A stretch of DNA of 64,000 nt, taken from positions 64,001-128,000 of the IMG/VR virus record IMGVR_UViG_3300037541_000804. One strand, given 5' to 3'. Below the pieces are notes generated by a model, which did not search any database, was not told the DNA's origin, and worked only from the letters and a program-made list of their open reading frames with translations. Below, piece by piece: positions 51,407 through 61,917 of this stretch; the stretch's first letter is position 1; each line of letters begins with the position of its first letter. The translations under genes and the position numbers were made by a program. Source of the stretch: a virus.

Positions 51407-52718
51407 CGCAAAGAAAGCCCCTTCCTTTAGGTAGGGGATGAATTTGCGGTCAAACAAAATAATTAAAAAGTTTTTGGGTGTTTTTTAACAATTAGTGTAA
51501 TATATGGTGATTGCACCACCGCGCTTACAAATTCCGAATTTATCCAACGACAGCGCAAGAACAAATCTTGCGGCAGACGATTGGGTGTACGCGGTTCATC
51601 TATAATTGGGCGCTGGCCCAAAGAAGGGAGGCATGGGTGCAAGATAAGAAAAACATGACCTATGCAAAGTCTTGCAAAGCGTTGACGGAGTTAAAAGACT
51701 CGCCAGAGCGCGAGTGGCTTAACGATGTGTCAAGCGTTTGCTTGCAACAAAGCCTCAATAACTTGGACGTTGCATTCGGCAATTTCTTTAAGAAGCGGGC
51801 GGCATATCCCAGCTTTAAGTCTCGCAAAAACGGTGGTTCTGCGCGGTTTATGGGCAACGCCTTTCGGCTGAAAGGCGAAAGCCTCTTCCTCGCGAAGATT
51901 AAAACGCCAATTAAAGTTCAATGGTCGCGCCCGCTTTCCAGCGTTCCGAACTCCATTACCGTTTCTCAAAACGCCAGCGGTCAATGGTTTGCGTCGTTCC
52001 TTTGTGAGGAGGAAATTGAAAAGCTTCCGCCTTCCAACGGTCGAATCGGTATCGACGTTGGTATTGAAAATTTTGCCACACTCTCGGATGGGTGCAAATT
52101 TCAATCTCCAAAAGCAATTCGTAAACTGCGCAAGAAAATGGCACGCCTGCAAAAGAGTCATTCGCGTAAGCAAAAAGGCTCCAAAAACCGTGAACGCACT
52201 CGCAAAAAAGTCGCCCGCCTTCACCAGCATATTTCAGATGTGCGCAAAGATTTTCTCCACAAACTGTCAACTCAACTCGTTCGCGAAAACCAAGCGATAG
52301 CGTTAGAAGACTTGTCTGTATCAAACATGGTTAAGAACCGCAAACTTTCTCGCTGTATCAGCGAGCAAGGCTGGCGAGACTTTCGCACCATGCTTGAATA
52401 CAAATGCGAATGGTATGGGCGCGAGCTACTAATAGTAGATCGTTGGTTTCCAAGCAGCAAAACCTGCTCATGTTGTGGAGCGAAGGCTAGCTTTGGCCTA
52501 GAAACAAGGCAATGGACGTGTGGCGGCTGCGGCGCTAGCCATGACCGAGACGTTAACGCCGCAAAAAACATTTTGGCCGCTGGACAAGCGGTGTCAGACT
52601 GTGGAGTGGACGGAAGACCAACGAAGAACTATGTTCTTCGGGGCAGGACACTACGAAGCAGTAAATCAAAGGCGCGAGCCAAGGAATCCCCGTCTCTTTA
52701 GGGCGGGGAGGATGTCAA
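51398..52718 (+). mobile_element. IS200/IS605-family TnpB-only element, copy 2
   Basis: TTAC then AAAG-CCCCTTCC..GGTAGGGG left end; GAAT-CCCCGTC..GGCGGGG..TCAA right end. IS608-like signals; left boundary inferred. Confidence 0.8.
51511..52701 (+). CDS. tnpB: RNA-guided endonuclease TnpB
   Basis: Intact RuvC D/E/D motifs and zinc ribbon; TTG start 9 nt after GTGTAAT, same spacing as copy 1. Confidence 0.95.
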   Translation: MHHRAYKFRIYPTTAQEQILRQTIGCTRFIYNWALAQRREAWVQDKKNMTYAKSCKALTELKDSPEREWLNDVSSVCLQQSLNNLDVAFGNFFKKRAAYPSFKSRKNGGSARFMGNAFRLKGESLFLAKIKTPIKVQWSRPLSSVPNSITVSQNASGQWFASFLCEEEIEKLPPSNGRIGIDVGIENFATLSDGCKFQSPKAIRKLRKKMARLQKSHSRKQKGSKNRERTRKKVARLHQHISDVRKDFLHKLSTQLVRENQAIALEDLSVSNMVKNRKLSRCISEQGWRDFRTMLEYKCEWYGRELLIVDRWFPSSKTCSCCGAKASFGLETRQWTCGGCGASHDRDVNAAKNILAAGQAVSDCGVDGRPTKNYVLRGRTLRSSKSKARAKESPSL

Positions 52719-52728
52719 CTGTCTAATA

Positions 52729-52861
52729 AAACTTTAGCACGCTAAATTCGTTCCGTCAATCCCCAAGACACAATATCGAGGGGCGAAACCATTAACCGTT
52801 GGTTCCAGCAATCAACCCATTTGTAGGGTGCCTATCGCGTTTAGGCACGGTGCTAAAGTTT
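52729..52861. ncRNA. Candidate 133-nt multi-stem RNA
   Basis: 12-bp terminal inverted repeat AAACTTTAGCAC/GTGCTAAAGTTT enclosing four hairpins; intergenic. Confidence 0.5.
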
Positions 52862-54574
52862 AAGAAATTAGGAATGCAGCTTGTGGTTCGTATAAGCGGC
52901 TTTGAACTTGGGATAGCTCTTGTATTTGGTCAAGTCTTTTTCAACCATTACGCGGTGAATGCTGTTGATAGAGCAACCTCGCTTGCGCATAGCGCTAACG
53001 GTTTCCGCCTCGTCAGAAGCCATAATCGCCCTTGGTCTTCCGAGGTTCTTAATGCGGCCATTCGCAAGAATTTTTGCGCGAGCTACTAGCTGATCTACGA
53101 TTTGTTTGTTTTTGTTGTTCATTTTAGTTTAGGTTTATTTTGTTTTTTCAGAAGGGGTTTTAGGGAGTTTGGCCGAAAGGCTTAACCCCTAAGCGTTAGC
53201 GATAATAGACTGTAGTTCAAAAACCACGGATTGCAAGTCGTTTTTAATTCGGCGCAGGGCGTCTGGTTGTTTTTCGTGTTTGGCGATTGAACCACCGATA
53301 AGATAATACATGTTTTGCACCACGTCAACTGCTTCCGTGGAATAGTCGAGAATTTCTTGTCGCGGGTTATTTGTTAGGCTGGGGGCGATGCGGTCGATGA
53401 GTTTCATAGTTTAGTCAATTCTAAGGAAGTCTTCGCCTTCCGTCAAGTTATTTGTGTCTATTTTTGGGTCAGTTTCATCAATTTCGTCGCCAGCGTCAAA
53501 ATGTTCGGTTTCCCAATAAGGATTCCAGCAACAACCGTCGCCGCAAAAGTCGCCGTTGTCAACGTAGAGTTCGCAAGAGTGTAGGAGGGAAATCATGTGT
53601 TTTGTTTTTAAAATTATGCGCTGCCGTAGCGGAAACTTTTCCAGCCATCTCCGTAATTAGAAAATCCAAGTTCTTCTAATTTGGCCGTGTCTTCTTCTGA
53701 AATTTCAGCATCGTCATAACCGCAAATCCACAATTCGTCATGCTCGCAATGAGTTTGGTATGGTTCGTCACCATATTTAAGGAAAATGGTTAGTGCTTCG
53801 ATTAGGTTTTTCATGGGTTATTTCTTGAGAACCAGTAGAACTGGCAGTGCGACGAAACAAATCGCCGCAATCCAGATTAAGATTTTGAAGATTGTTTGCA
53901 TATTAGTTGAGAACAATAATCGACTTATCTGGCGGAGTCAAGCCGAAATTCTTTTGCGGCGGGGTTTTATTTGGCCGACCATTCGCCGCTAGCTGAAATA
54001 GAGCAACAGCAACAACACCAGCCATAAATATAGACAAAATCAACCAAACAATTGGCCCAAAAATAATCCATCCAAGGAATTTGGCCGTTTTTAAAAGCAT
54101 AATTTTCATGAAAATAAAGACGCAAAAATGAAAACAAGAACAGCCGACAAACCCAATACACAAACGAAATTCTCTGGGGTAAAGGTCATTGTTTTTCGAT
54201 TAGTTTTTTGGCCTCGTTGACACAATCTAACAAAAAATCATTCATTTCCTTCTCGTCTCCCGTGTTAGCGTTTTTTGTTAATGAGCGGGAATAGAGCGTT
54301 TTTGATTTGTTGTAGGGTGAACATGTGTTGTTAGTCTTCGTTGTCAAAATATTCGGTGTATTGTTTACCATTGTCAAATAGATAATTCAACAAGGCTTCT
54401 CTATCTTCCGAAACGGCGATAATTGAGACGGCCAAGGATTCATCCTTTGTGCGAATGTCTTGAAGAATGCAGTATTTATTTTTGCCGCTACCATCATCGT
54501 ATTTTTCGATATGGCAGTAGTCAGGATGTACTGCTGGGCGAAAGGAGATTTGAGGATATTTTTCTTCTTTCATG

Positions 54575-54733
54575 CTAATATCGGGCGCGGCAATCTACAT
54601 TTAGGCAAATTCCTTGGCCGTGACGGGTAAAGTTTAGCGTTGTTCCGCATTTTCGGCAGAAACCGCAGAATTTGCAGATTTTGCAGATTTTGCCGAGGTA
54701 GTAGAGAAAGCGGAGATGTAGTTTGCGAATCAT
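54575..54733 (-). CDS. 52-aa protein with a tandem CxxCxxCxxCxxC tract
   Basis: Own translation MIRKLHLRFLYYLGKICKICKFCGFCRKCG...; ATGA-coupled to the upstream gene. Confidence 0.55.
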   Translation of the reverse strand: MIRKLHLRFLYYLGKICKICKFCGFCRKCGTTLNFTRHGQGICLNVDCRARY

Positions 54734-55266
54734 AGCGATAGTGTAGTATGCCAGTAACTCTCAAAGCTGTCAACCAATTCCCAACAATAATCTTTCTTGC
54801 AATCGTTGTTGTAGAGGTATGAGCCGTCTGGAAGAACGAACGATAATAGTCCGTCTCCATTCCAATAATAAAGCATTTTTATTGAGCGATTGTTGCTGAT
54901 TTGAAACTCTTTACAGTTGAAGATTTCGGCGCAGGTGAAGAAATTTTCGCAAGTTTCATCGCATTTTAGGAATGTATTTGGTTCGTTTTCGCAATCCCAT
55001 TCTGGCACAGGCTGTTTTGGTAGCTCAATAACATTTTCGCGCAGTTCAAAGGTTGAATAGCAGCCTAATGTGTAATCTGGCCCAATTCTATCCTGTTTAA
55101 AAAACAAGTGGCGCAAGTGTTCGCCAACGAGGTTGGGGTTGTCTTGGGCGTTGACAGAGAGATTTAGAGAGAACATCTTCCAAACTACACTTTTTTGTTT
55201 GGGCCGTCAAATGTTTTTGTTAAATTTTTGCGGCAGGAGGTTGGGTTTTTGAATGTAATATGGGGT

Positions 55267-55896
55267 ATGAAAGCTTCTTCTCGCGCAAGGAAAATCCTTA
55301 AATCTTTCCCGCAGGATGTTCAAAAATACTTTCTAAAAATAGACAAAAAGCTCCAAAAACAGGGCTACACTTTTTTTCTTGGCGGCGGAAAGTCTCTTTA
55401 TAATAGCGGGAAATGCTCTGGTTACTTTTGTCCCACAAGTAGGGTTTTGGCCGTTTCTATTGGAGGCTTATTAGAAGACTCTATTTCAACGCTGACGCAC
55501 GAATACTGTCACTATTTGCAATATAAAAATAAATCATCAATTTGGCACAGTTGTAAAATCTATAGCGGTCATCAAAGGTTCTTAAATTATCTTAGTGGTT
55601 CTAAAATTTATAAGGCTAGAGAATGCACTATCGCTGCGCTCCTTCTTGAATTAGATTGCGAAAAAAGGGCCATTCGCGCTCTAAAAAGATGGCCAAAATA
55701 TATAGATATTAATTTAGCAAAAAAAAGCGCAACTGCTTATATTTTGTCCCATTGGTGGATGTTGGAAAACAGAAAATGGCCAACCACTAGTATCTATAGC
55801 AAAAAAATTCTTTGTCACTGCCCAAACAAATTCCTAAAGTCTTATCTTAATGTCCCAGAAAAAATAGCCATTGCTTTCAAACGTCACTTAAGATAA
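55267..55896 (+). CDS. HExxH zinc metallopeptidase-like protein
   Basis: TLTHEYCHYLQ...LELDCE; start placed 7 nt after the ATGTAAT motif. Confidence 0.65.
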   Translation: MKASSRARKILKSFPQDVQKYFLKIDKKLQKQGYTFFLGGGKSLYNSGKCSGYFCPTSRVLAVSIGGLLEDSISTLTHEYCHYLQYKNKSSIWHSCKIYSGHQRFLNYLSGSKIYKARECTIAALLLELDCEKRAIRALKRWPKYIDINLAKKSATAYILSHWWMLENRKWPTTSIYSKKILCHCPNKFLKSYLNVPEKIAIAFKRHLR

Positions 55897-55984
55897 GTAT
55901 GCTATAAAAGCAAACCAATTTTGTCAAATTCGCACAAAAGGATTCCGCCCAATTTAAAAGAGGCATTTGATCGTTGGTGTAAAT

Positions 55985-56013
55985 AAAAAACCCTCGCCTT
56001 TTGAGCGAGGGTT
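55985..56013. terminator. Intrinsic terminator between convergent genes
   Basis: AAAAAACCCTCGC-CTTTTGA-GCGAGGGTT. Confidence 0.75.
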
Positions 56014-56032
56014 GATTAGTTCTTTTAATGAA

Positions 56033-56212
56033 TTATTTCTTTTTGAAATTCAGGGCCAAGTAATTGACCACTTTTGCTACTTTCGCAACCCAACTATTGT
56101 CCTTGTCTGAGGGAGTGAGATTTGCGACTAGGGATGCCACGGTGACAATTCCAGTCACAATGGCAATAAGGGCTTCTGCGTTGTCGGTAATGAATTTAAT
56201 GGAATCTTGCAT
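56033..56212 (-). CDS. Holin-like small membrane protein (59 aa)
   Basis: Own translation MQDSIKFITDNAEALIAIVTGIVTVASLVANLTPSDKDNSWVAKVAKVVNYLALNFKKK; TM helix, basic tail, late motif 56236-56242. Confidence 0.55.
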   Translation of the reverse strand: MQDSIKFITDNAEALIAIVTGIVTVASLVANLTPSDKDNSWVAKVAKVVNYLALNFKKK

Positions 56213-56373
56213 AGGGTGAAATCTTTCTCCCCTAGATTACACTTAAAACTGCAAAATTCTCTCCAACAATCTTTGTTGCCTGCGTTTAAGGCAGTTAGAG
56301 TAGCGTGTTTTTTTCGGCCCATACCAATACCAGTAACAGAACGACAAAAACGAATAAAAAAAGTACTTAATAA

Positions 56374-56583
56374 TCACCATTTTTCTTTTGGGCAGGGTTT
56401 GTTGCTGAAAATCTTTGCTTTCAACATGCATTTGCAAACGGAACAATGGGCAACTGGCGTGTCAGCTTTAAATTCGCACGAGTTGCAAATTGCCAAGCGA
56501 GCTTCGCCCTTTTTAAATTGTTCGGCGGAGGGAGAAAAGGCCGTTCCCCATGATTTTAAAATGTCAAGAATGTTAATCGGCAT
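56374..56583 (-). CDS. Small Cys-rich protein (DUF6171-like)
   Basis: RLAICNSC...CSVCKC...K.....CPKEKW. Confidence 0.55.
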   Translation of the reverse strand: MPINILDILKSWGTAFSPSAEQFKKGEARLAICNSCEFKADTPVAHCSVCKCMLKAKIFSNKPCPKEKW

Positions 56584-56977
56584 ATTCTATTCCGTATATA
56601 TTACCCGTAATTGTGTGATGTGAGCAATTTCTCATCGACAAATCAATATGTTCCTCCGTCAAGTCTTTAAGGATGAATTCCCCATCGCGCCAAACTACTT
56701 GATACTCAGTCTCAAAAACAACCATTTCTAGTATATCGCCCAAATAGATTTTCCGACCCGCCGAATCAAAATAACCGCTCCAAGGTTCCACGACAAAGTT
56801 TCTGGAATCATGCTCCACGACAAAATCGCCTTCATCTTCGTATGGTGCTTGTCTTACGATTTCTATAATTCCGCCAGTCGGCAAGAGGGCAAACTCGCTC
56901 GTAGTCCGTTGATTGGACGGCCAGAACGGGGAATTGGTGTAGAGGTTGGCCTTCTTGGAAAACAGTCGAAAATTCAT
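56573..56977 (-). CDS. YopX-family protein
   Basis: FR N-terminus; SG..D..G.KIY.GDI; GNIY C-terminus. Confidence 0.7.
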   Translation of the reverse strand: MNFRLFSKKANLYTNSPFWPSNQRTTSEFALLPTGGIIEIVRQAPYEDEGDFVVEHDSRNFVVEPWSGYFDSAGRKIYLGDILEMVVFETEYQVVWRDGEFILKDLTEEHIDLSMRNCSHHTITGNIYGIEYAD

Positions 56978-59900
56978 GGTTTTTTAATTTGCTCTTTAGT
57001 GAGTTGTTTCATTTAATTATCAAGCAAATACTTGATTCGTTCAGGAAGAAGTTTAACTCTGCTTGGAACTTCATGCAGGTAATCTTTTAGAACTTCTCGC
57101 ACTTGCTTTAGAGTCTTGAGTTCTGATTCAATTACGGTGACGATAAACGCTTCATGATCAAAATCTTTCGGCGGAAAAGCGGGGAGAAGATAGGAAAATC
57201 TTTCAGAAAGGTTCATGTTAGAATTTAGCCTATTTTTCGATAATTACAAGCTTTTTCTCTAATTCTTCAATATTCCATGTCAAGGCTCGATTTTCAACAC
57301 TTAGTTTCGCCACTTCTTCTTTTAATTCAGCGATTATTTCGTCCGCTTCGGAAAGTAATTGAACCTTGTCTTCGTATTCTTCCTGTAGCTTAGAAATGTT
57401 TTTAGCGTCATTCGCGACTAGGTTAATTTCGGCAATTAGGCCAAAATGCCTGACAGCTTCTTCTATTTCGTCCCAAAGAGTTTTTGTCGTTTCTGGATCG
57501 TCGCCGAAATTGTCGGTCCACTTTTCGAGTTCTTCTTCTACGTCTGATTTGGCGTCTTTAAGGTCTTGGATTTCGGATTCGAGGTTTTTAATTGAATCTT
57601 TAAGGCCGCTCACCTTATCCTCTTGGGCTTTTTGCTCTCCCTCACAATCAACCAAAATCTTAATCGCCGCTGTTCGGCCTATTATTCTATAGGCTTTAAT
57701 AATCGGGAACTCTTGGCCGTCTGGATATTCCGCTAAAACTGGAATAGGGCAACCATTGATGCCGAAAAGACACCGTTCAATTTCTTCGTTCTTAATATAG
57801 GCTGAAATAGATTCTGGATTCATTGTTTTTGCTGAATTAATAGTTGGACTTTTCTCAAGGCTACTTCTGCGTCCAAAAGAGGGGCTTTCAGTCGTGCGGG
57901 CAATGTAGAGTCTTTTTGCGCGAAGTCAAGTTTTGGAATGATAAAATCAAAAATAACAGCAAGGTATTCTTCTGGATCAGTCATTTAGTTGTTCCTCCCA
58001 TTTTTTGAAAAGATGGTCAGCATATTCTGTTAAAAAATTTGTTATATCTACAATGTTTGTTCCATCGTCCCACGCTACGGCTGTAATCTCATAGCGTTCT
58101 GGAATTGGCGGATCGCCCAAACTATATTTATATTCGCCCGTGGCTTTCTCCGCTTGATGAATTTCTACTTCAAAAATTAGTCTAGGGTCTGTTAATGAAG
58201 AAATTTGCATATTACTTTTTGCCAATTTTGTGGTAATATTTTTCAAAATCCTCTGGAGTTTCCATGCAAATAAATCCCCCTGCAATTGAATCAGCTTCAC
58301 CACTTTCGCCCATCTTCTTCGACAAGTCAACCTCGGGAAGGTAGGCGTTAACAATTACATCCTCGTCTAAACCTCCCATTCGATAGTAGCAAAGTTTTTC
58401 TTTAGCGTTGTCGGGTTGAACGTATCTATCCAAAGACCATAGATAAACCACCTTTTCTTCACCGTTTTTCCACTCGTCGCCTTCTCTGTCTGGCGAAGAT
58501 AGCAACTCGAAAATTACATTATGGGCAGCTTCATTTGGGCCACGGTAAATAAACTTTGGGCGCTTGTTTTTAGGAGCGGGTTGGTTGGGAGAATCAGTCA
58601 TGCGTTAATATCGTAGAGCTTTTTCAACTTGTCAAGGGCCACAAAAACACCAATTTTTTTACAGAAGGCGTCTCCCACATAACAATCGGCCCGAATAACG
58701 ATCTTTTCTTCTCCCTTTTGAAGTTCCAATTCTGTTGCTCCCCCACGTTCTGACACCATTTCGTATCCAAAGCCGCCGCGTTTAATATTTTCGCGAATAG
58801 CTCTGTCGGAAATGAGCGGTTCAAGTTTGTCTTTCCACTTCTTGCGGCGCATGTGTTTAACTGAAACTTTGTAACCCTGCGATTTGAGATTTTGCAAGGC
58901 GGCGGTGTTTGGGGCGGGTTTGGTGTTTTTCATAATTATTTTTTGAACTTTACGAGTTTGACGAAGGTTGCAGCGGCTACTAGAATGGCTACGGGAACGG
59001 CTACCCACCACGGGGAGATAAGGGATGCCAGCCAAAATGTGACTACAAACGGTACAACGGCCAAAAGCACTAAAAATAGACAAAAAATAGCACACCCAAA
59101 ATTGTTATTGGGGAGTAGGATTGGGTTAGGCATGGGTTAATTATAGCTTGTTATTTCAACGAGTTCAACTGTTTTTTGTACTTTTCTTGGCCGCTTCAAC
59201 TAACATTTCTCTGATAGCCTGCCATTCGCTGTTTCGGTAGGCGCTCTCGACATACACGAAAGCTCCAGAAAGATTATGAGAATTATTAAGAATATAGTTC
59301 TCCGCATTTTGGCGAATGAAAAACGCCTGCTCAAATTTGTCGATAAACTTAATATACCGCTTCTCCCAATCGTCGGGGTCAAAGTCTTCGCCCGAATATG
59401 GGTCTTTGGGCAATTCTGGAATGACTTGTTCGCCGTTACTGTCAATGCTGATTGACCGATAATCGGTTGCCTCGTTGTATTTTTCCTCTAGTTCCTCAAA
59501 CTCCGAATAGTCTAATTCATCTTCGCCGTTTACATAAATGATTTTGTCGGAGTCGAAATCGCTGTCAACGCAGATTTCTTGTTTGCTGTACACACAGTAA
59601 ATCGGAGATTCGGTCGCCAAACCGTTTTGCGTGAGAATATTTTGGAGGTTGTTAATCATGTTAAAAATTCTTTCCAAGCAAAAACGCCAAATTCAATACC
59701 GCAGCAACTCCCATTATCGCACTCCCGACAAAGAACATCATCAAAGGAACGACTTTACCTTTATCGGGATCATCTCCCGCCGAATAACCAATCCATCCAA
59801 AAGATAAGATAGTAAAAAACAACAAAAAATAATGAGCCTCATTCATGGGTTAATGTGTATTAGAATTCCGACCCGTCAATCTTTTTTCGTGGTTTGTAAA

Positions 59901-60492
59901 CGCGAACGTGAAAGAGTCTAAAATCCCCATTGTCATCCATGAATTTATTGATTACTTCCATCTTGTCGCCGCGAGGTAAATCTGGCATTGCGTCGTTAAT
60001 AATTTGCCAAAGTTTTGGGTAACTTTTATTCTCGATTAAATGACGAATCGTGTCTTGACACTCTTCTGGAACTAAGAAATCCTTGTATTTCATTTCCTCC
60101 AAACCTTCAATCTTTGGCGGAGGTTCGCCGCTTGGATTCAAATCCGCACCGTCAAATTCTCTACCACTGCCAAAATATCCGCCGTTTTTCTTTAGCGCAA
60201 GATATTGTTCAATTTGTTTTTGGATTTCGTAGGCGATTTGGGGTTCTTTGCCGATGCTTGAGTTGCAAATTCCTGGCCCGCCGTTTGGTGGATAGTCTGG
60301 GAAGAACGCTTGCTGAATTGGCCGACAAAGTTCCTCCATTTTATCCCAGTCTAAGTCATGGTATTGTTTGGGGAAGATTTGTTCAAGAGCGGTTTTGGGC
60401 TGGTTAATACGGAAGCGTTGAAAGGCTTCTAGCGCGGCCAAAATTACTTGAATTTGTGGTTCGGAAAGGGTTATTTTCATGTGTTTTATATA

Positions 60493-60729
60493 TTAAACTA
60501 AGTTCCCCGATTTGTCAACGGGCCATTCTGGATGTTTTTCGTCGTTGAATGGGCGACTAAGTTCTCCGCATTTTGGGCAACTTTCATCGCTAGGACTTTG
60601 GCAATCGCGAGATTTTTCCTTCCAATAGTTTTCGCAATCTTCACAATGAAAGAACCTATAGCCTGCAACGGGTTTTCGCGGCTTCCAATGAGTTTCGGCG
60701 AGTTGTTGGATGGCGTCATTCAAGTTCAT
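60493..60729 (-). CDS. FmdB-like zinc-ribbon protein
   Basis: FHCEDC...CPKCG. Confidence 0.55.
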   Translation of the reverse strand: MNLNDAIQQLAETHWKPRKPVAGYRFFHCEDCENYWKEKSRDCQSPSDESCPKCGELSRPFNDEKHPEWPVDKSGNLV

Positions 60730-61164
60730 GCGTAAAAATCTATTCTCGCTTCCATGTGTAATTGGGCGTTTTTATCTAACTTTTTAAACTCTTTGCAAAT
60801 CAAGTAAAGATGTTTCGCGGCGTTCATTCCGCTCGTTTCGGCGCGAAAACAAAATGATTGCCCGTTTTCCTGCTTGTCAAAAACAATGTCTTCGCCGCCC
60901 CAAATTAAATCAACAAGTTTTCTTATAGAAACTCGTTTGGAATTGTGGGTTCCTTTGATGTGTGTCCATTCGCTCATAGGTTTTAAATTTGCGCTGTGAG
61001 AACTTCTTCATACGAGAATACGGGCACAAACAAGACCCACCAAGTTGTTTTCTTGATTTTTGCGTTGTAGGTTTTAGCGTGAGAGATGCCTTCGCGGCCA
61101 TCTTCTCGAACGTTACAAGAGCGGAGGAAGATTTGAGTGGTTTTTTCGATCATATTTTGTCTTT

Positions 61165-61611
61165 TTAAATTTTAAGAGAGGAAATTATTGCCACGCACTT
61201 GTTTTTGCCCTTGTTGATGAAACTGTGCGGTTTTTGGTCATTCAAAATAAAAATATCAAATTTATTTAAATTTCCTTGATCTATTTTATCGGCCTCATTC
61301 ATGAACTGAATTTCACCGCTTCCATAAATCATAATGATAACGCAATCATATTTTGACCGAAAGCCTAACGAATCTACATGCATTCCAATACTTCCAAATC
61401 TAAATAAACGGCAATCCAAAACCTCCCTACCTATCTTTCGCGCCGAAAGAAATTCTTTGAAAAATTCCTCATGGTTGAATCCGCTGATTTCAAAAGAGTC
61501 AACTTTTTGGTCGCCATTTTCTTTATATTTAGGGAATTTTAGCGCTGAGAGTTGTTTTTTCTCGGATTCCGTTAATTTCATATCGTATGGGTGCATGCGT
61601 CCATTCTCCAT
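61165..61611 (-). CDS. Cupin/2OG-Fe(II) oxygenase-like protein
   Basis: HxD (MHVD) and distal PHS in a beta-rich domain. Confidence 0.5.
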   Translation of the reverse strand: MENGRMHPYDMKLTESEKKQLSALKFPKYKENGDQKVDSFEISGFNHEEFFKEFLSARKIGREVLDCRLFRFGSIGMHVDSLGFRSKYDCVIIMIYGSGEIQFMNEADKIDQGNLNKFDIFILNDQKPHSFINKGKNKCVAIISSLKI

Positions 61612-61917
61612 AGTTAAATATCGTATGGTGTAGTGTCAAAATTTACTTGCCATTCAACATTTTCATCATAAAAGTCAAACGAACAAACGACATTGCTGTG
61701 TCCAGCAAACTCTTTTCTATAAAAGACGGCAATATCTGGTTGGTTATCAAGAACATCCCACAATATATAAGGAAACTTCTTTAATTCCTCATTCAAATTC
61801 AAATCGGAAAGGGATGATTGGAGCATTCCTGCATATTTGTTTGTAATGTATTTGGCGGTTTTTTGCGCTCTTTTAATCATGGTTTGATATGTTCGCTATT
61901 TACAAGGATTTGTCAAC

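Noticed and set aside
54570-54860. 96-aa ORF with QNLQNLQ repeat
   Set aside because: It overlaps another gene; the coupled Cys-rich frame 54575-54733 is more plausible.
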